From contig CAWJFQ010000005.1 in assembly GCA_963842215.1 (NCBI GenBank), forward strand, positions 102,344 to 166,343: a DNA stretch of 64,000 bases, read 5' to 3'. This DNA comes from an uncultured delta proteobacterium. Its GTDB lineage: Bacteria > Desulfobacterota > Binatia > Binatales > Binataceae. The notes beneath the pieces were generated by a model. The model did no database searches. It was not told where the DNA came from and saw only the letters and a list, made by a program, of their open reading frames with translations. This document shows positions 30,788 to 40,323 of the stretch, piece after piece. Each line of letters starts with the position of its first letter. Position 1 is the stretch's first letter. Position numbers and translations under genes: made by a program.

Positions 30788-31552
30788 TTATCGGATTGCG
30801 TAGCCGCCGTCGACGTACACGATCGAGCCGGTTACGAAGTCCGACGCGTGCGAGGCGAGAAATATCGCGGCGCCGGCCATCTCTTCGGGCTGGCCGAAGC
30901 GGCCCGCGGGAGTGCGCAGGATGATCTCGTCGAACATCGGGCCGCTCTGCGCGCCGACCGTCATGTCGGTCGCTATCCATCCCGGGACGATCGCGTTGAC
31001 CTGGATATTGTGCGGTGCGAGCTCGATAGCCATCGTTTTGGTCGTCTGGACGAGCGCGCCTTTCGCCGCGGCGTACGGGATTCCGGCCTGCGCGCCGAAC
31101 TGCGAATACTCGCTCGCGATATTGATAATTTTGCCGTGCTTGCGCGGGAGCATCGACTGCGCGGCGATTTGCGAAAGAAAAAAGCACGAGCTCAGATTGG
31201 TCTCGATCACGCGATCCCAATCCTCGGCCCTGAACTTCAAGGCGCTGCGCATGATCGCGATGCCGGCGTTGTTGACGAGAATCGAAACCGGTCCGAGCTT
31301 ACGCTCGACTTGCTCCATCGCTGGGCGCAGGTCGTCGCGGCGGGTCACGTCGAGCTGAATCGCAATCGCAGGCACGCCCGCCTTGGTTAACTCATCGACC
31401 ACGGCGCGATTTTTCTCTTCGTTGCGCGCGAGGATCGCGACCGACGCGCCGGCCCTGGCAAATCCCAATGCGACGCCGCGCCCGATGCCGCCGTTGCCGC
31501 CGGTGACGACCGCGACCTCTCGCTTCAAATCGAACATTTCAGGCGCAGCCAT
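30788..31552 (-). CDS. SDR oxidoreductase (paralog 1 of a pair)
   Basis: TGGNGGIGRG, NNAG and YAAAK. Clearly paralogous to 36538..37314, sharing long blocks such as GASVAILARNEE.NR and ETNLSSCF.LS. Confidence 0.88.
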   Translation of the reverse strand: MAAPEMFDLKREVAVVTGGNGGIGRGVALGFARAGASVAILARNEEKNRAVVDELTKAGVPAIAIQLDVTRRDDLRPAMEQVERKLGPVSILVNNAGIAIMRSALKFRAEDWDRVIETNLSSCFFLSQIAAQSMLPRKHGKIINIASEYSQFGAQAGIPYAAAKGALVQTTKTMAIELAPHNIQVNAIVPGWIATDMTVGAQSGPMFDEIILRTPAGRFGQPEEMAGAAIFLASHASDFVTGSIVYVDGGYAIR

Positions 31553-31596
31553 AGTTCAAGCTATCCCACCTTTAATCGAAATTTTCAAAACTCATA

Positions 31597-31698
31597 GACC
31601 GATCTGATTGAGCCGACGACTTCAGTAATGCGGAGTGCCTTGCCGGCGATGCGCTAGAGTCTAAATGATAACCGCGATGCGCGCGAAGGGGCGGGTGC
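31597..31698 (-). other. Conserved ~105-nt intergenic element, copy 1 (upstream of SDR 30788..31552)
   Basis: Aligns by eye over its whole length with 34823-34929 at roughly four positions in five, with 3 small indels. The indels break any common reading frame. Confidence 0.6.
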
Positions 31699-31738
31699 AT
31701 CATCGCGCGCCGGATAACCTCCGAGTCCTTCGGCATGA

Positions 31739-31848
31739 ACAGAATCCTGAATCGCGCAGGGCGCTGTAATATGACCCTCACCTTCATCCTCTCCGTTACA
31801 AAGAGAGGAGACAGAGCGGACCCGAAGCGGGCAGCGTGCAGCCTGCTA
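31739..31848 (+). repeat. Interspersed repeat family 1, copy D (diverged)
   Basis: CAGAATCCTGAATCGCGCAGGGCGCTGTAATATGACCCTCACCTTCATCCTCTCCGTTACAAAGAGAGGAGACAGAGCGGACCCGAAGC. The hairpin stem CCTCTC/GAGAGG is kept and the loop has changed. Confidence 0.75.
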
Positions 31849-31958
31849 ATCGACAATTGTTAAGCGGCGTTAGTATATTGTCCATCGCGCCCAAGCTAAG
31901 CGGACTGAATCCGCCGCGTGGCTGGAACTGGTACCGCTTGGCTCACAAGGAGTGCTTC

Positions 31959-33098
31959 ATGGCCGCCACTCAGCAGCGCTTTTCCGTTATCGGCGACAAG
32001 AATCTCAACGACCTGCGTAAGCTGATCAACGTTCCCATCGAGGATTCGCTCGAGCCTTGGTGCCACGAAGCCAGCCGCGACAATATCCGCCATTGGGCCC
32101 ACGGTATCGGCGACGACAATCCTCTATGGTGTGACCCGGCCTACGCGGCCAAGGGTCCGCATGGGCGCCTGGTAGCGCCGCCCTCGTTCATCTTCCCTCT
32201 GAACCGTTCATTCAGTGGCTATGTCGGCGGGCTCGCGGGGGTTCATGCGATGTTCGCCGGTATCGACGTCGTCTGGCATCGCCCGATGCTGCTCGGTGAC
32301 GAATTTACCACCAAAGTTTGGCTCAAGGATTTGGTCGAGCACGACACGCGCTTCGCCGGGCGCTCGATTCAGCAGATTTACCGTTGCGAGTTCCTCAATC
32401 AGCGCGACGAATTGGTCGCCGAGGGCGATAGCTGGTGTTTCCGCACCGAGCGCGATACGGCGCGCGAGCGCGGCACCAAGTACACCGAGACCAAGCAAAG
32501 GCCCCCGGTTAAGTATTCGCGCGAGGACCTGGCGAAAATCTTTGCGCTCTACGAAGGTGAGGAAGTACGCGGCGCAACTCCGCGGTATATCGAAGACGTC
32601 AAGGTCGGCGACAAGCTCAAGACCATGGTCAAAGGCCCGATGACCATCACCGGGTTCATCGCCTTCGCGCAAGGCTGGGGCGGTCTTTATATTCGCGCCA
32701 ACAAACTTGCCTGGAAGCAACTGCAGAAACATCCCGGCCTCGGCATCGCAAACAAGTTCGGCATCCCCGACGTTCCCGAGCGCGTTCATTGGGAAGACGA
32801 TCTCGCAACTCTGGTGGGAACGCCCGCCGCATATGACTACGGTCCGGAGCGCTGCTCCTGGATGACCCATCATCTCACGAACTGGGCCGGCGACAGCGGT
32901 TTCCTGCGCCATATCGAAGTCAAAATCCGGCGCCACAATCCGGTTGGCGATACACTTTATATCGACGGCGAGGTCACGCGAATTTACGTCGAGGACGGCG
33001 CGCATTACGCCACCATCGCGCAAAAGGCAGTGCAACAGGACGGCGAACTCTCGGTTCTTGCGACCGGCAGTGTGCGCCTCCCTTCGCGCGCTGCCTAA
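31959..33098 (+). CDS. Double hot-dog (MaoC/FAS1-like) acyl dehydratase/hydratase
   Basis: ATG 31959 behind AAGGAG (31947-31952). Two hot-dog-like halves: N-half RHWAHGIGDDNPLWCDPAYA...PPSF, C-half RHNPVGDTLYIDGEV. Confidence 0.65.
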   Translation: MAATQQRFSVIGDKNLNDLRKLINVPIEDSLEPWCHEASRDNIRHWAHGIGDDNPLWCDPAYAAKGPHGRLVAPPSFIFPLNRSFSGYVGGLAGVHAMFAGIDVVWHRPMLLGDEFTTKVWLKDLVEHDTRFAGRSIQQIYRCEFLNQRDELVAEGDSWCFRTERDTARERGTKYTETKQRPPVKYSREDLAKIFALYEGEEVRGATPRYIEDVKVGDKLKTMVKGPMTITGFIAFAQGWGGLYIRANKLAWKQLQKHPGLGIANKFGIPDVPERVHWEDDLATLVGTPAAYDYGPERCSWMTHHLTNWAGDSGFLRHIEVKIRRHNPVGDTLYIDGEVTRIYVEDGAHYATIAQKAVQQDGELSVLATGSVRLPSRAA

Positions 33099-33118
33099 CC
33101 GCCAAGCGTCAGGAGAGC

Positions 33119-33763
33119 ATGATGAATGACGAGCTGATCTTCTATACCAATCCGATGTCGCGTGGGCGCATCGCGCGCTGGATGCTCGAGGAAGTCGGCC
33201 AGCCATATCGCACCGAGCTGCTCGACTTCGGCAGCACCATCAAGGCGCCCGAGTATCTCGCGATCAATCCGATGGGCAAGGTTCCGTCTCTCCGGCATGG
33301 CGCCACGATCGTAACCGAGGCCGCCGCAATCTGCGCTTATCTTGCCGATGCATTTCCTGAATCTCGTCTCGCGCCGCCGCCGGGCGATCGGCTTCGCGGC
33401 CCGTACTATCGCTGGATGTTCTTTGGGGCTGGTCCGCTCGAGGCCGCTATGATGAACAAAGCGCTCGGAATGACGGTGCCGGAAGGGCGCGAGCGAACGA
33501 TCGGGTATGGCAGCTACGACGACGCCATGAACGCACTCGAGCGCGCGCTCTCACAAAGCGACTATATTGTGGGAGACAGCTTCACCGCGGCGGATGTCTA
33601 CGTCGGTTCACAGATTGGATGGGGCGTGCAGTTCGGCATGATCGAAAAGCGTCCCGCTTTCGAACGCTATTGGCAGCGCGTCAACGCGCGGCCGGCCTCG
33701 CGCAGGGCGGTGGAAATAGATGACGCGCTGATTGCGGCGCAGCAGCGCCCGAAAAATACTTAA
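33119..33763 (+). CDS. Glutathione S-transferase
   Basis: Thioredoxin-like N-domain (YLAINPMGKVPSL, ESAAI-type TEAAAICAYL) and a helical C-domain (GDSFTAADVYV). Confidence 0.85.
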   Translation: MMNDELIFYTNPMSRGRIARWMLEEVGQPYRTELLDFGSTIKAPEYLAINPMGKVPSLRHGATIVTEAAAICAYLADAFPESRLAPPPGDRLRGPYYRWMFFGAGPLEAAMMNKALGMTVPEGRERTIGYGSYDDAMNALERALSQSDYIVGDSFTAADVYVGSQIGWGVQFGMIEKRPAFERYWQRVNARPASRRAVEIDDALIAAQQRPKNT

Positions 33764-33839
33764 TGGGACAATTGTGAACCTTGCACATAGTCGGCCGACT
33801 CGGAGTCTGGCACTTCTAGTTCAGATGCCTCCTCAACGC

Positions 33840-34769
33840 TCACCCTGCCTTGCTGCGTTGATCGTACGAGATAGAGTAGGCGGCTGACCGCGCCAGCAGA
33901 ATCGGATCGGTCGAGAGAGCGATACCGTCCGTTACGTTGCTGGGGTCGAACACGAGACGGCGCTCATCGGCCGCGCTGGTCGGGGAGATTGCGGTTACCT
34001 CCAGCCGTCCCAGCTCGACCAGTGGGCGGTTCGCCGGCCACAAGGCGCTGGCGTCGTCCGTCGGATCGCCCTCGCCGGCCAATTGCAGCAGGAGGCGGAA
34101 CGCGACGAGACCCTTCCGCAAGCGCGCCTCAAGCTCTTCGCGCAGGAAGTTCATGCTGCGTGTGCTGGCATCGTCAGGTGAGAGATAGGCTTCCCCGGCT
34201 TCTGGAATCCAGCGATAGCGGCCGAATCGGCTGGTGCCGTCCGCGGCGGTGAATTTGAACGCGTGCTCCGAGTAGTAGCAGGCCTGCCCGTAGCTGGCAG
34301 GAACCGGTTTCTTCGTCAGACGCTCGATAAAGGCGCGCGTATTGGGATGACTCTCCAGAAAGCGCGGTACTGCGTCGGGTGCAGCGGTGCCGGGAAGTTG
34401 CGCACGCAGGAAAGCGAGAAACTCCTCAGGCGTCCGCACCAGAAACCCTTCGATATGGAGCGCCAGGATGTCGGCGTTCTTGCCATCGGGCAACTCGAAT
34501 TTCACCGCCATCGCGCGGGCGTTGGGAATACCGTCGTGCACGCCGGGATCGCCGCTCGAATTGGAGAAGCGGATTACGGTTGGGACCGCTTGCCCTTGCA
34601 GATGCGGTGCGCGGCTCACCCCTTGTGCGGCAGGTGCGGCGCGAAACGTTCCCGAGCAGACGATTCCTTTGGCGTGAACGGGGCGGAACCCCGGTTGAGG
34701 GCCGGCTAGTGCCCGCATGGTCTCCACGAGTTGAGCGACGACGGCTGTTGATGCGGCAGATTCTGACAT
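33840..34769 (-). CDS. Small catalase-related peroxidase (catalase core only)
   Basis: FRPVHAKGIVCSGTF, VIRFSNSSG and ARAMAVKF are catalase heme-pocket motifs, in a protein of only 309 aa. Confidence 0.8.
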   Translation of the reverse strand: MSESAASTAVVAQLVETMRALAGPQPGFRPVHAKGIVCSGTFRAAPAAQGVSRAPHLQGQAVPTVIRFSNSSGDPGVHDGIPNARAMAVKFELPDGKNADILALHIEGFLVRTPEEFLAFLRAQLPGTAAPDAVPRFLESHPNTRAFIERLTKKPVPASYGQACYYSEHAFKFTAADGTSRFGRYRWIPEAGEAYLSPDDASTRSMNFLREELEARLRKGLVAFRLLLQLAGEGDPTDDASALWPANRPLVELGRLEVTAISPTSAADERRLVFDPSNVTDGIALSTDPILLARSAAYSISYDQRSKAG

Positions 34770-34822
34770 GGTGGGGCTCCTTGCTGGATTCGGCGATGTG
34801 TCCCAGCCTCAGCCGGTGCCAA

Positions 34823-34929
34823 GACCGATTTGACTGATTGAGCCAGACGACTTTCGTGACGCTAAGTGCCTTGGCGGCGATGCTTTAGAGTTTAATGATA
34901 AGCGCGATTTGTCGCGAAGGGTCGGATGC
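34823..34929 (-). other. Conserved ~105-nt intergenic element, copy 2 (upstream of the catalase-related gene)
   Basis: Paralog of 31597-31698. Same orientation and a similar distance (about 45-55 nt) from the downstream minus-strand start codon. Confidence 0.6.
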
Positions 34930-34941
34930 GGATGACGGCTT

Positions 34942-35433
34942 TTATTTGAGTGGCGGCAGCACGATCGGGTCACGGACTTGCGACGCGGGCCACGGCCGGT
35001 TGTGCTTCGCCGCGATCTCGCCGAGGACGCGCTCCCAACGCTCCTTGCCGAAGCTCTTGTAGGTCTGGAAGGGATTGACGTATTCGCGCATGCGGAACGC
35101 CTGACCGTTTCTGACGGTGATCAGGGTGAAGTAGCGCTGCGTATAGCGGCCGCCGTCCACGGTATCGCCACCGCCCGATGATTCCACGATGGTGGTCTCC
35201 GGATCGGCTGTGGGATAGACCGCTGCCGGCTTGGTGCTGAAGCGCGGAACCACACTCAGCAGAAATTCCATAAAACGGCTCACGGCCTCGAACCCGATCA
35301 TCGTCACCGGGATCTCGAACGTCGGTCCCTCCCAGATGGCGTCCTCGTGCAGGGCATCGCGCCAGATTGCGCGCTGTTCTTCCAGAGTTGTGATTTTGCC
35401 GCCGAAGGCGTCACCGAGATTCTTGCGGGCCAT
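34942..35433 (-). CDS. NTF2/SnoaL-like (PhzA/B-like) protein
   Basis: 163 aa with a cone-shaped alpha+beta-type pattern (RYFTLITVRNGQAFRMREYVNP). The family call is moderate. Confidence 0.6.
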   Translation of the reverse strand: MARKNLGDAFGGKITTLEEQRAIWRDALHEDAIWEGPTFEIPVTMIGFEAVSRFMEFLLSVVPRFSTKPAAVYPTADPETTIVESSGGGDTVDGGRYTQRYFTLITVRNGQAFRMREYVNPFQTYKSFGKERWERVLGEIAAKHNRPWPASQVRDPIVLPPLK

Positions 35434-35492
35434 GGGCTGTCTCCTTTGCGGGTCTTATTGCGATGGTGCGATGGCAATCATTTAGTCGCAGT

Positions 35493-36515
35493 TCATTTGG
35501 TGGCGAGGATCAGCGGTGATGGGGCGGCCGGCGTCCGTATGGTCTTTACCGCTTTGAATCCGGCTTCCTTCAGCCAGGTGCGATACTCCTTCATGGTGAA
35601 GACGTCGCCGGCTTCTGTATGCAGCATCATGTTCAGTCCGAAAAGCATCGGCAGGGCGGGGCCGGTGCGGTCGTCGTTCGGCACTAATTCGGCGATCAAT
35701 AGCATTCCTCGCTTGCGCAAGGCTTTCGCCGATCGCTCGAGCAGTTGGCGTCCGGCGTCGCGACCCTCGCCGTGTATGATATGGCCGAGCGTGACCAGGT
35801 CGTAGCAATCGGTGCCGAAATCCATCTCGCGCAGGTTGCCTTCCTGATACTCGTAGCGATCCTGGACGCCAAACCTGGCAGCATAATCGCGCGCCACCGG
35901 CGTGACCTGCGGAAAGTCGACTGCAGTTACATGAGCCGCGCGAATCGCTTGCACGAAGGGAATCGACCAGGCTCCGGCGCCGGCCGCTACATCCAGAATG
36001 TTCTTGATCCTTGCTTTGGCTCCGGCTCCGAGGCTCGCGACGGCAGCCGTGGCGCCAACAAAGTTAAGCGGGAAAATGACCTTGACCAGCATCGCGAAAA
36101 ACTCCGCCCTTTCAGCATCGTCGCCACCTCCACGAGGCAGTGGTGCGCCGCTCCTGACGACTTCAGCGAGCTGAAACCATCCCATCATCTGGCCGGTCGC
36201 GAAGCGTCCGGCGCCCTCCATATAAAGTTCGCGACCGCGAACCAGGAAGGTCGCCGCGTCCCGCGAAAGTGCGTAGCGATCGCCCTTGCGCGTGAGGTAG
36301 TTGATCGCAACCAATGTATCGAGCAGGCGGCGCATCATGCTTTCATTGGCGTGCGCCTCACGCGCGATTTCGTTCGCAGTCGTCTGGCCGTGGGCGATGA
36401 AGGTAAAGACATCGAGGTCCATGGCGGCGGCGACGGTGCACGTGGTCCATCCGGCGAATATCAATTCCTTAGCGACGGGAACGCCGGAGGGGAATTTTTT
36501 TGTTTGCTTGGCCAA
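35493..36515 (-). CDS. Class I SAM-dependent O-methyltransferase with N-terminal dimerisation/wHTH domain
   Basis: SAM motif ILDVAAGAGAWS and an N-terminal wHTH-like domain (TANEIAREAHANESMMRRLLDTLVAINYL). Start placed at TTG 36515 behind GGAGA, which avoids overlap with the SDR stop at 36538. Confidence 0.8.
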   Translation of the reverse strand: MAKQTKKFPSGVPVAKELIFAGWTTCTVAAAMDLDVFTFIAHGQTTANEIAREAHANESMMRRLLDTLVAINYLTRKGDRYALSRDAATFLVRGRELYMEGAGRFATGQMMGWFQLAEVVRSGAPLPRGGGDDAERAEFFAMLVKVIFPLNFVGATAAVASLGAGAKARIKNILDVAAGAGAWSIPFVQAIRAAHVTAVDFPQVTPVARDYAARFGVQDRYEYQEGNLREMDFGTDCYDLVTLGHIIHGEGRDAGRQLLERSAKALRKRGMLLIAELVPNDDRTGPALPMLFGLNMMLHTEAGDVFTMKEYRTWLKEAGFKAVKTIRTPAAPSPLILATK

Positions 36516-36537
36516 GGTGCAATCTCCTTTTGACTTT

Positions 36538-37314
36538 TCAGCGAATGAAAAAACCGCCATCCACGATGATATCCGCGCCGGTCACGTAGTCAGAAGCGTG
36601 CGATGCGAGGAACACCGCCGCTCCCGCCATCTCGGACGGCTCGGCGAAGCGACCGGCGGGAGTGCGCGTCATCATCTCGGATTTTACCGCCGCGTACTTG
36701 GGGTCGTTGCGAATCCAGTCGGTCATGTCGGTGGTGGTCCATCCGGGTGCGAGCGAATTTACCTGGATATTGAACGGCGCCAGTTCGATCGCGAGACATC
36801 GTGTGAGCTGCAGCAGGCCGCCCTTGCTGACGCCGTAGGACGGGAAGATGGGAGTGCCCATGTAGCCGCCAATACTTGCGACGTTGATTATTTTGCCGGA
36901 CTTGCGCGCGACCATCGAGGTTGCCGCGTATTTCGAGAGCAGGAAGCACGAGCTCAGATTGGTTTCCATGACCGAATCCCAATCTTCCTCGGTATGATCG
37001 AGCACACCTTTCAGGATGGCAAAGCCGGCGTTGTTCACCAGGATATCGAGGGGGCCGAGCTTGTGCTCGACTGCTTCCAGAGCGGGCTTCAGTGATTTGC
37101 GTTGAGAGACGTCGAGCTTGAGCGCCATAGCGGGGACGCCGATCTTCTCGAGTGCTGCAAGCGTGTCGCGATTGCGCTCCTCATTGCGGGCGAGAATCGC
37201 GACCGATGCTCCAGCCTCTGCCAGCCCAACCGCGATTCCGCGTCCGATGCCGGTGTTGCCGCCCGTGACCATCGCAACCTTGCCGCTCAAGTCGAATGTT
37301 TTTGGATTCGGCAT
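36538..37314 (-). CDS. SDR oxidoreductase (paralog 2 of a pair)
   Basis: ORF 36538..37449, start moved to ATG 37314 behind GGAGA. TGGNTGIGRG, NNAG and YGVSK. Confidence 0.88.
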   Translation of the reverse strand: MPNPKTFDLSGKVAMVTGGNTGIGRGIAVGLAEAGASVAILARNEERNRDTLAALEKIGVPAMALKLDVSQRKSLKPALEAVEHKLGPLDILVNNAGFAILKGVLDHTEEDWDSVMETNLSSCFLLSKYAATSMVARKSGKIINVASIGGYMGTPIFPSYGVSKGGLLQLTRCLAIELAPFNIQVNSLAPGWTTTDMTDWIRNDPKYAAVKSEMMTRTPAGRFAEPSEMAGAAVFLASHASDYVTGADIIVDGGFFIR

Positions 37315-37509
37315 TGTGGTTCTCCTGTGCAGTGAGATTTGTATAGCGTTCGGGCCGGCATTTGGGCAGAGGCAGGAATCGCGACTGCGACAAGCTGTTG
37401 GACAGTGAATGCTCAGCGCTTCTATATTGGCGGTTCGTGCCTGACGCAAACTGATTGGATGGGCGAAGCGGCCGGCGACTGGCGCAATCTTCGACGAGGG
37501 AAAATCACG

Positions 37510-38941
37510 ATGGGATTACGGACGGCTGAACAGTACAAGAACTCGCTGCGCGACGGGCGCGCCGTATTTTTTCGCGGCGAAAAAGTGGCAGACGTCACGG
37601 CGCATCCCGTGATCGGAATCGCAGTCGAACACGCGGCGCTCGATTACCGGATGGCGCACGACCCGAAGTATCGCGAGCTCGCGGTGGTGAAAGACGGCGC
37701 CGGCGAGTACAGCCGTTACTTCCATATTCCGCAAAATGGCGAAGACCTGCTCAAGCGCAGCGCACTGATCGCGGCCTCGACGCGCGAGGGTGCGACGCTG
37801 GTCGTGCTGATCAAAGAGATCGGGACCGACGCGTTGCTGGCGTTGCACATTATCGGCGAGCGGCTGGCGGCTGCCGGCAAGCCCGAGTACCGCGAGCGCA
37901 TTCACAAGTACTACCGCGAATGCCGCGACAACGATCTCGCAATCGCGGTGGCGCAAACCGACGTCAAGGGCGACCGCGTCGCTCGGGCCTACGCAGCAGG
38001 ACCATCCGGACTATTACGTGCGAATCGTCGAGGAGCGTCCCGACGGAATCGTGGTGCGCGGCGCGAAGGTCCACACCAGCGTCTCGACCAATACCAACGA
38101 GGTGATCGTGCTGCCGACGCGCGCGATGCGGGCCGAAGACAAGGCTTACGCGGTTGCCTTCGCGCTGCCAATTAACACGCCGGGGCTGAAGCTGCTTGCG
38201 TCGCCGCACGGCAGCTCGAGCAAAAATGATTTCGAGCATCCGATCAGCGCGCGGCACAAGATGATGGAGACGCTGACGGTGTTCGACGACGTGTTCGTGC
38301 CGAAGGAACGCGTGTTCCTGCAAGGGGAGATCGATTTTGCCGGATTGCTCGCGCTGACCTTCGTGCGATTCCATCGCTTCACCGCCGTGTCATACAAGCT
38401 GCCGCTGCTGGAACTGATGGCGGGCGCGGGCTATGCAATCGCGGAGGCCAACGGAATTTCTCGCGCCGGTCACGTGCGCGACAAACTGACGCATCTCGCG
38501 GCGTATCACACGACAGTGCGCGGACTGATCGAGCATGCGGCGCGCACCTGCACTATCGAAGACGGCGTCGCTGTGCCAAACACGCTGCTCACCAACGTTG
38601 CCAAGTACCACTTCGCGCACAATTACCATCAGGCGGTGCAAATCGTGCAGGATCTCGCGGGCGGTCTGCTGGTGACGGCGCCGGCATCCGAGGATCTCAC
38701 GAGCGAGGCGACCCGCGCCTACGTGCTGAAGTACATGGGCGGCGCGAAAGGCTTCGATGCGGAGAAGCGGCTGCGACTGCTGAACCTGATCGGCGACTTG
38801 ACGTCGTCGGATTTCGGCGGCTACCAGGAAGTGCTCGCGGTCCACGCCGAGGGCGGATTCGAAGCCGAGAAGTTGCAGGCCTACCGCGAGTATGACTTCA
38901 AGACGGTGGCTGCGTACGCGCGCAAGCTCGCCGGAATCTGA
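37510..38941 (+). pseudogene. HpaB/AbfD-family protein (4-hydroxyphenylacetate 3-monooxygenase / 4-hydroxybutyryl-CoA dehydratase family), interrupted by a 1-nt frameshift
   Basis: ORF 37339..38175 gives MGLRTAEQYKNSLRDGRAVFFRGEKVADVTAHP...AQTDVKGDR. The frame of ORF 38018..38941, read from 37979, continues SLGPTQQDHPDYYVRIVEERPDGIVVRGAKVHTS. One extra base lies near 37976-37978. Confidence 0.8.
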
Positions 38942-38955
38942 GACCAGTTGAGGCG

Positions 38956-39919
38956 CTAAGCCTTGAGCTTTGCGTCGAACTCCACCAGAAGCTGTGTGAA
39001 CAGCTTAGGGTCTTCGCCGTGCATCGAGTGCGGCATTCGCGGGAATGACTTGTACTCGATCGCCTGGCCGGCTTGCGAGACCAGCTCGCATATGCGCTTT
39101 GCCTGCAAGTCGGAGGCGGCGCCCAAAAGGTAGCCGGCATTTTCGTCGACGTGGCGGAAATGGTGGGTGTATAAAACCGGGCATTTGACGCTGGCGAGCA
39201 TCCGCGCGTGGTCACAGCTGGCGAATACGGAACCCTGCCAAAAGGCGCGGCCCCACTCGGGATCGTATTCTTTGAGGCGCTGCGGGATTTCGCCGTCGGG
39301 AGCAGACATCATGAGAAGCGACTGCGCGTGACAACCAGTCGGGGAGCTCCGTTTTGGCGGCCTCGAGCATTCCGGTCCAATCGCCAATGCTCCACTGGTC
39401 GCCAAGGTATTTGCTCATCAGGGCAAATATCGGTCCAATCGCTTGTCGGATGGACGGTCCGCACGAGGTGTTGACCTCGGAAGAGAACAGCGGCGGGTCT
39501 TCGTAATGAGCACCGCGAAGCGTGTGCTTCATTGCATACGCGGAAAGCCACGCGGCGATGACGCCTCCCGACGAGAGTCCACTGACGATCACGGGTCGCC
39601 CTATAGCGAGCGCGATGAATCGCACCAGGTCGTTGCCGAAGTTGTCGAGGGTGTAGCGCCCCGGCGTCCTGCTCGATCTTCCCTGCCCGCGCAGGTCGAC
39701 GGCGAACGCCTGGAAATGCTCCTGCAGCATGGCCATCGCCTGCTCATAGCCCCACCACGATTCTGTCTGCCCAGGGATCAGTAACAACGCAGGCCGGTTG
39801 GATTCGCCAGCGACTGCGTAGTTGATCACGACCTCGCCAGTGTCGATCGTTTTCTCCGCAAAGGCATGACTGACGTAAGTCGCACTTGGGTTGTCGGGGC
39901 CGAACTGAAGTGACTTCAT
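38956..39919 (-). pseudogene. Alpha/beta hydrolase, interrupted by a 1-nt frameshift
   Basis: N-part (ATG 39919) has LLLIPGQTESWW and the nucleophile elbow GLSSGG. C-part (ORF 38956..39405) has ...VKCPVLYTHH...PRMPHSMH. The frames switch near 39328-39336 (..ELPDWL | HAQSLLMMSAPDG..). Confidence 0.75.
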
Positions 39920-39935
39920 GAGCGAAAGCGGGCGC

Positions 39936-40298
39936 TTACTTTTCGGTGCGCAACTCGACGGTGTTGCCGTCGGGATCGAGGATCCACAATTGACGGCCGG
40001 CACCCATGTTTGGACCTTCGAGGAACTCGATGCCCATTTCCTTGAGCGAGCGCTTGGTCTCTTCGAAGTCTTCGACATCGAAGGCGACATGCGCGCCGAG
40101 GGGGTCGGGTTTCTGGCCGCGGTTCTCGCTCGAGATGATATGCAGCGCGTTGTTGCCGATGCCGTACCACGCCCCGCCGAAGCCGAAGTTGGGTCGGGGG
40201 ATTCGTTTCAGGCCAACCACGTTTTCGTAAAAGCTGGTGGCCTTGTCGACGTCGCTGACGCGAAAAGCCGCATGATTGAACGCTTTCAATTTAATCAT
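39936..40298 (-). CDS. VOC/glyoxalase-bleomycin resistance family protein
   Basis: 120 aa. FNHAAFRVSDVDKATSFYENVVGL...HVAFDVEDFEE...LWILDPDGNTVEL. Confidence 0.85.
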   Translation of the reverse strand: MIKLKAFNHAAFRVSDVDKATSFYENVVGLKRIPRPNFGFGGAWYGIGNNALHIISSENRGQKPDPLGAHVAFDVEDFEETKRSLKEMGIEFLEGPNMGAGRQLWILDPDGNTVELRTEK

Positions 40299-40323
40299 CG
40301 TGAGTTCTCCATCGCGTGAAATT

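Noticed and set aside
29194-31390. Long plus-strand ORFs 29194..30384 and 30329..31390
   Set aside because: They are antisense to the CoA-transferase, DUF4180 and SDR genes. They have no motifs and an Arg-rich composition.
33785-33800. Perfect 12-bp palindrome AGTCGGCCGACT between the convergent GST and catalase-related genes
   Set aside because: It has no loop and no U-tract, and it is too short to call a terminator or operator without other evidence.
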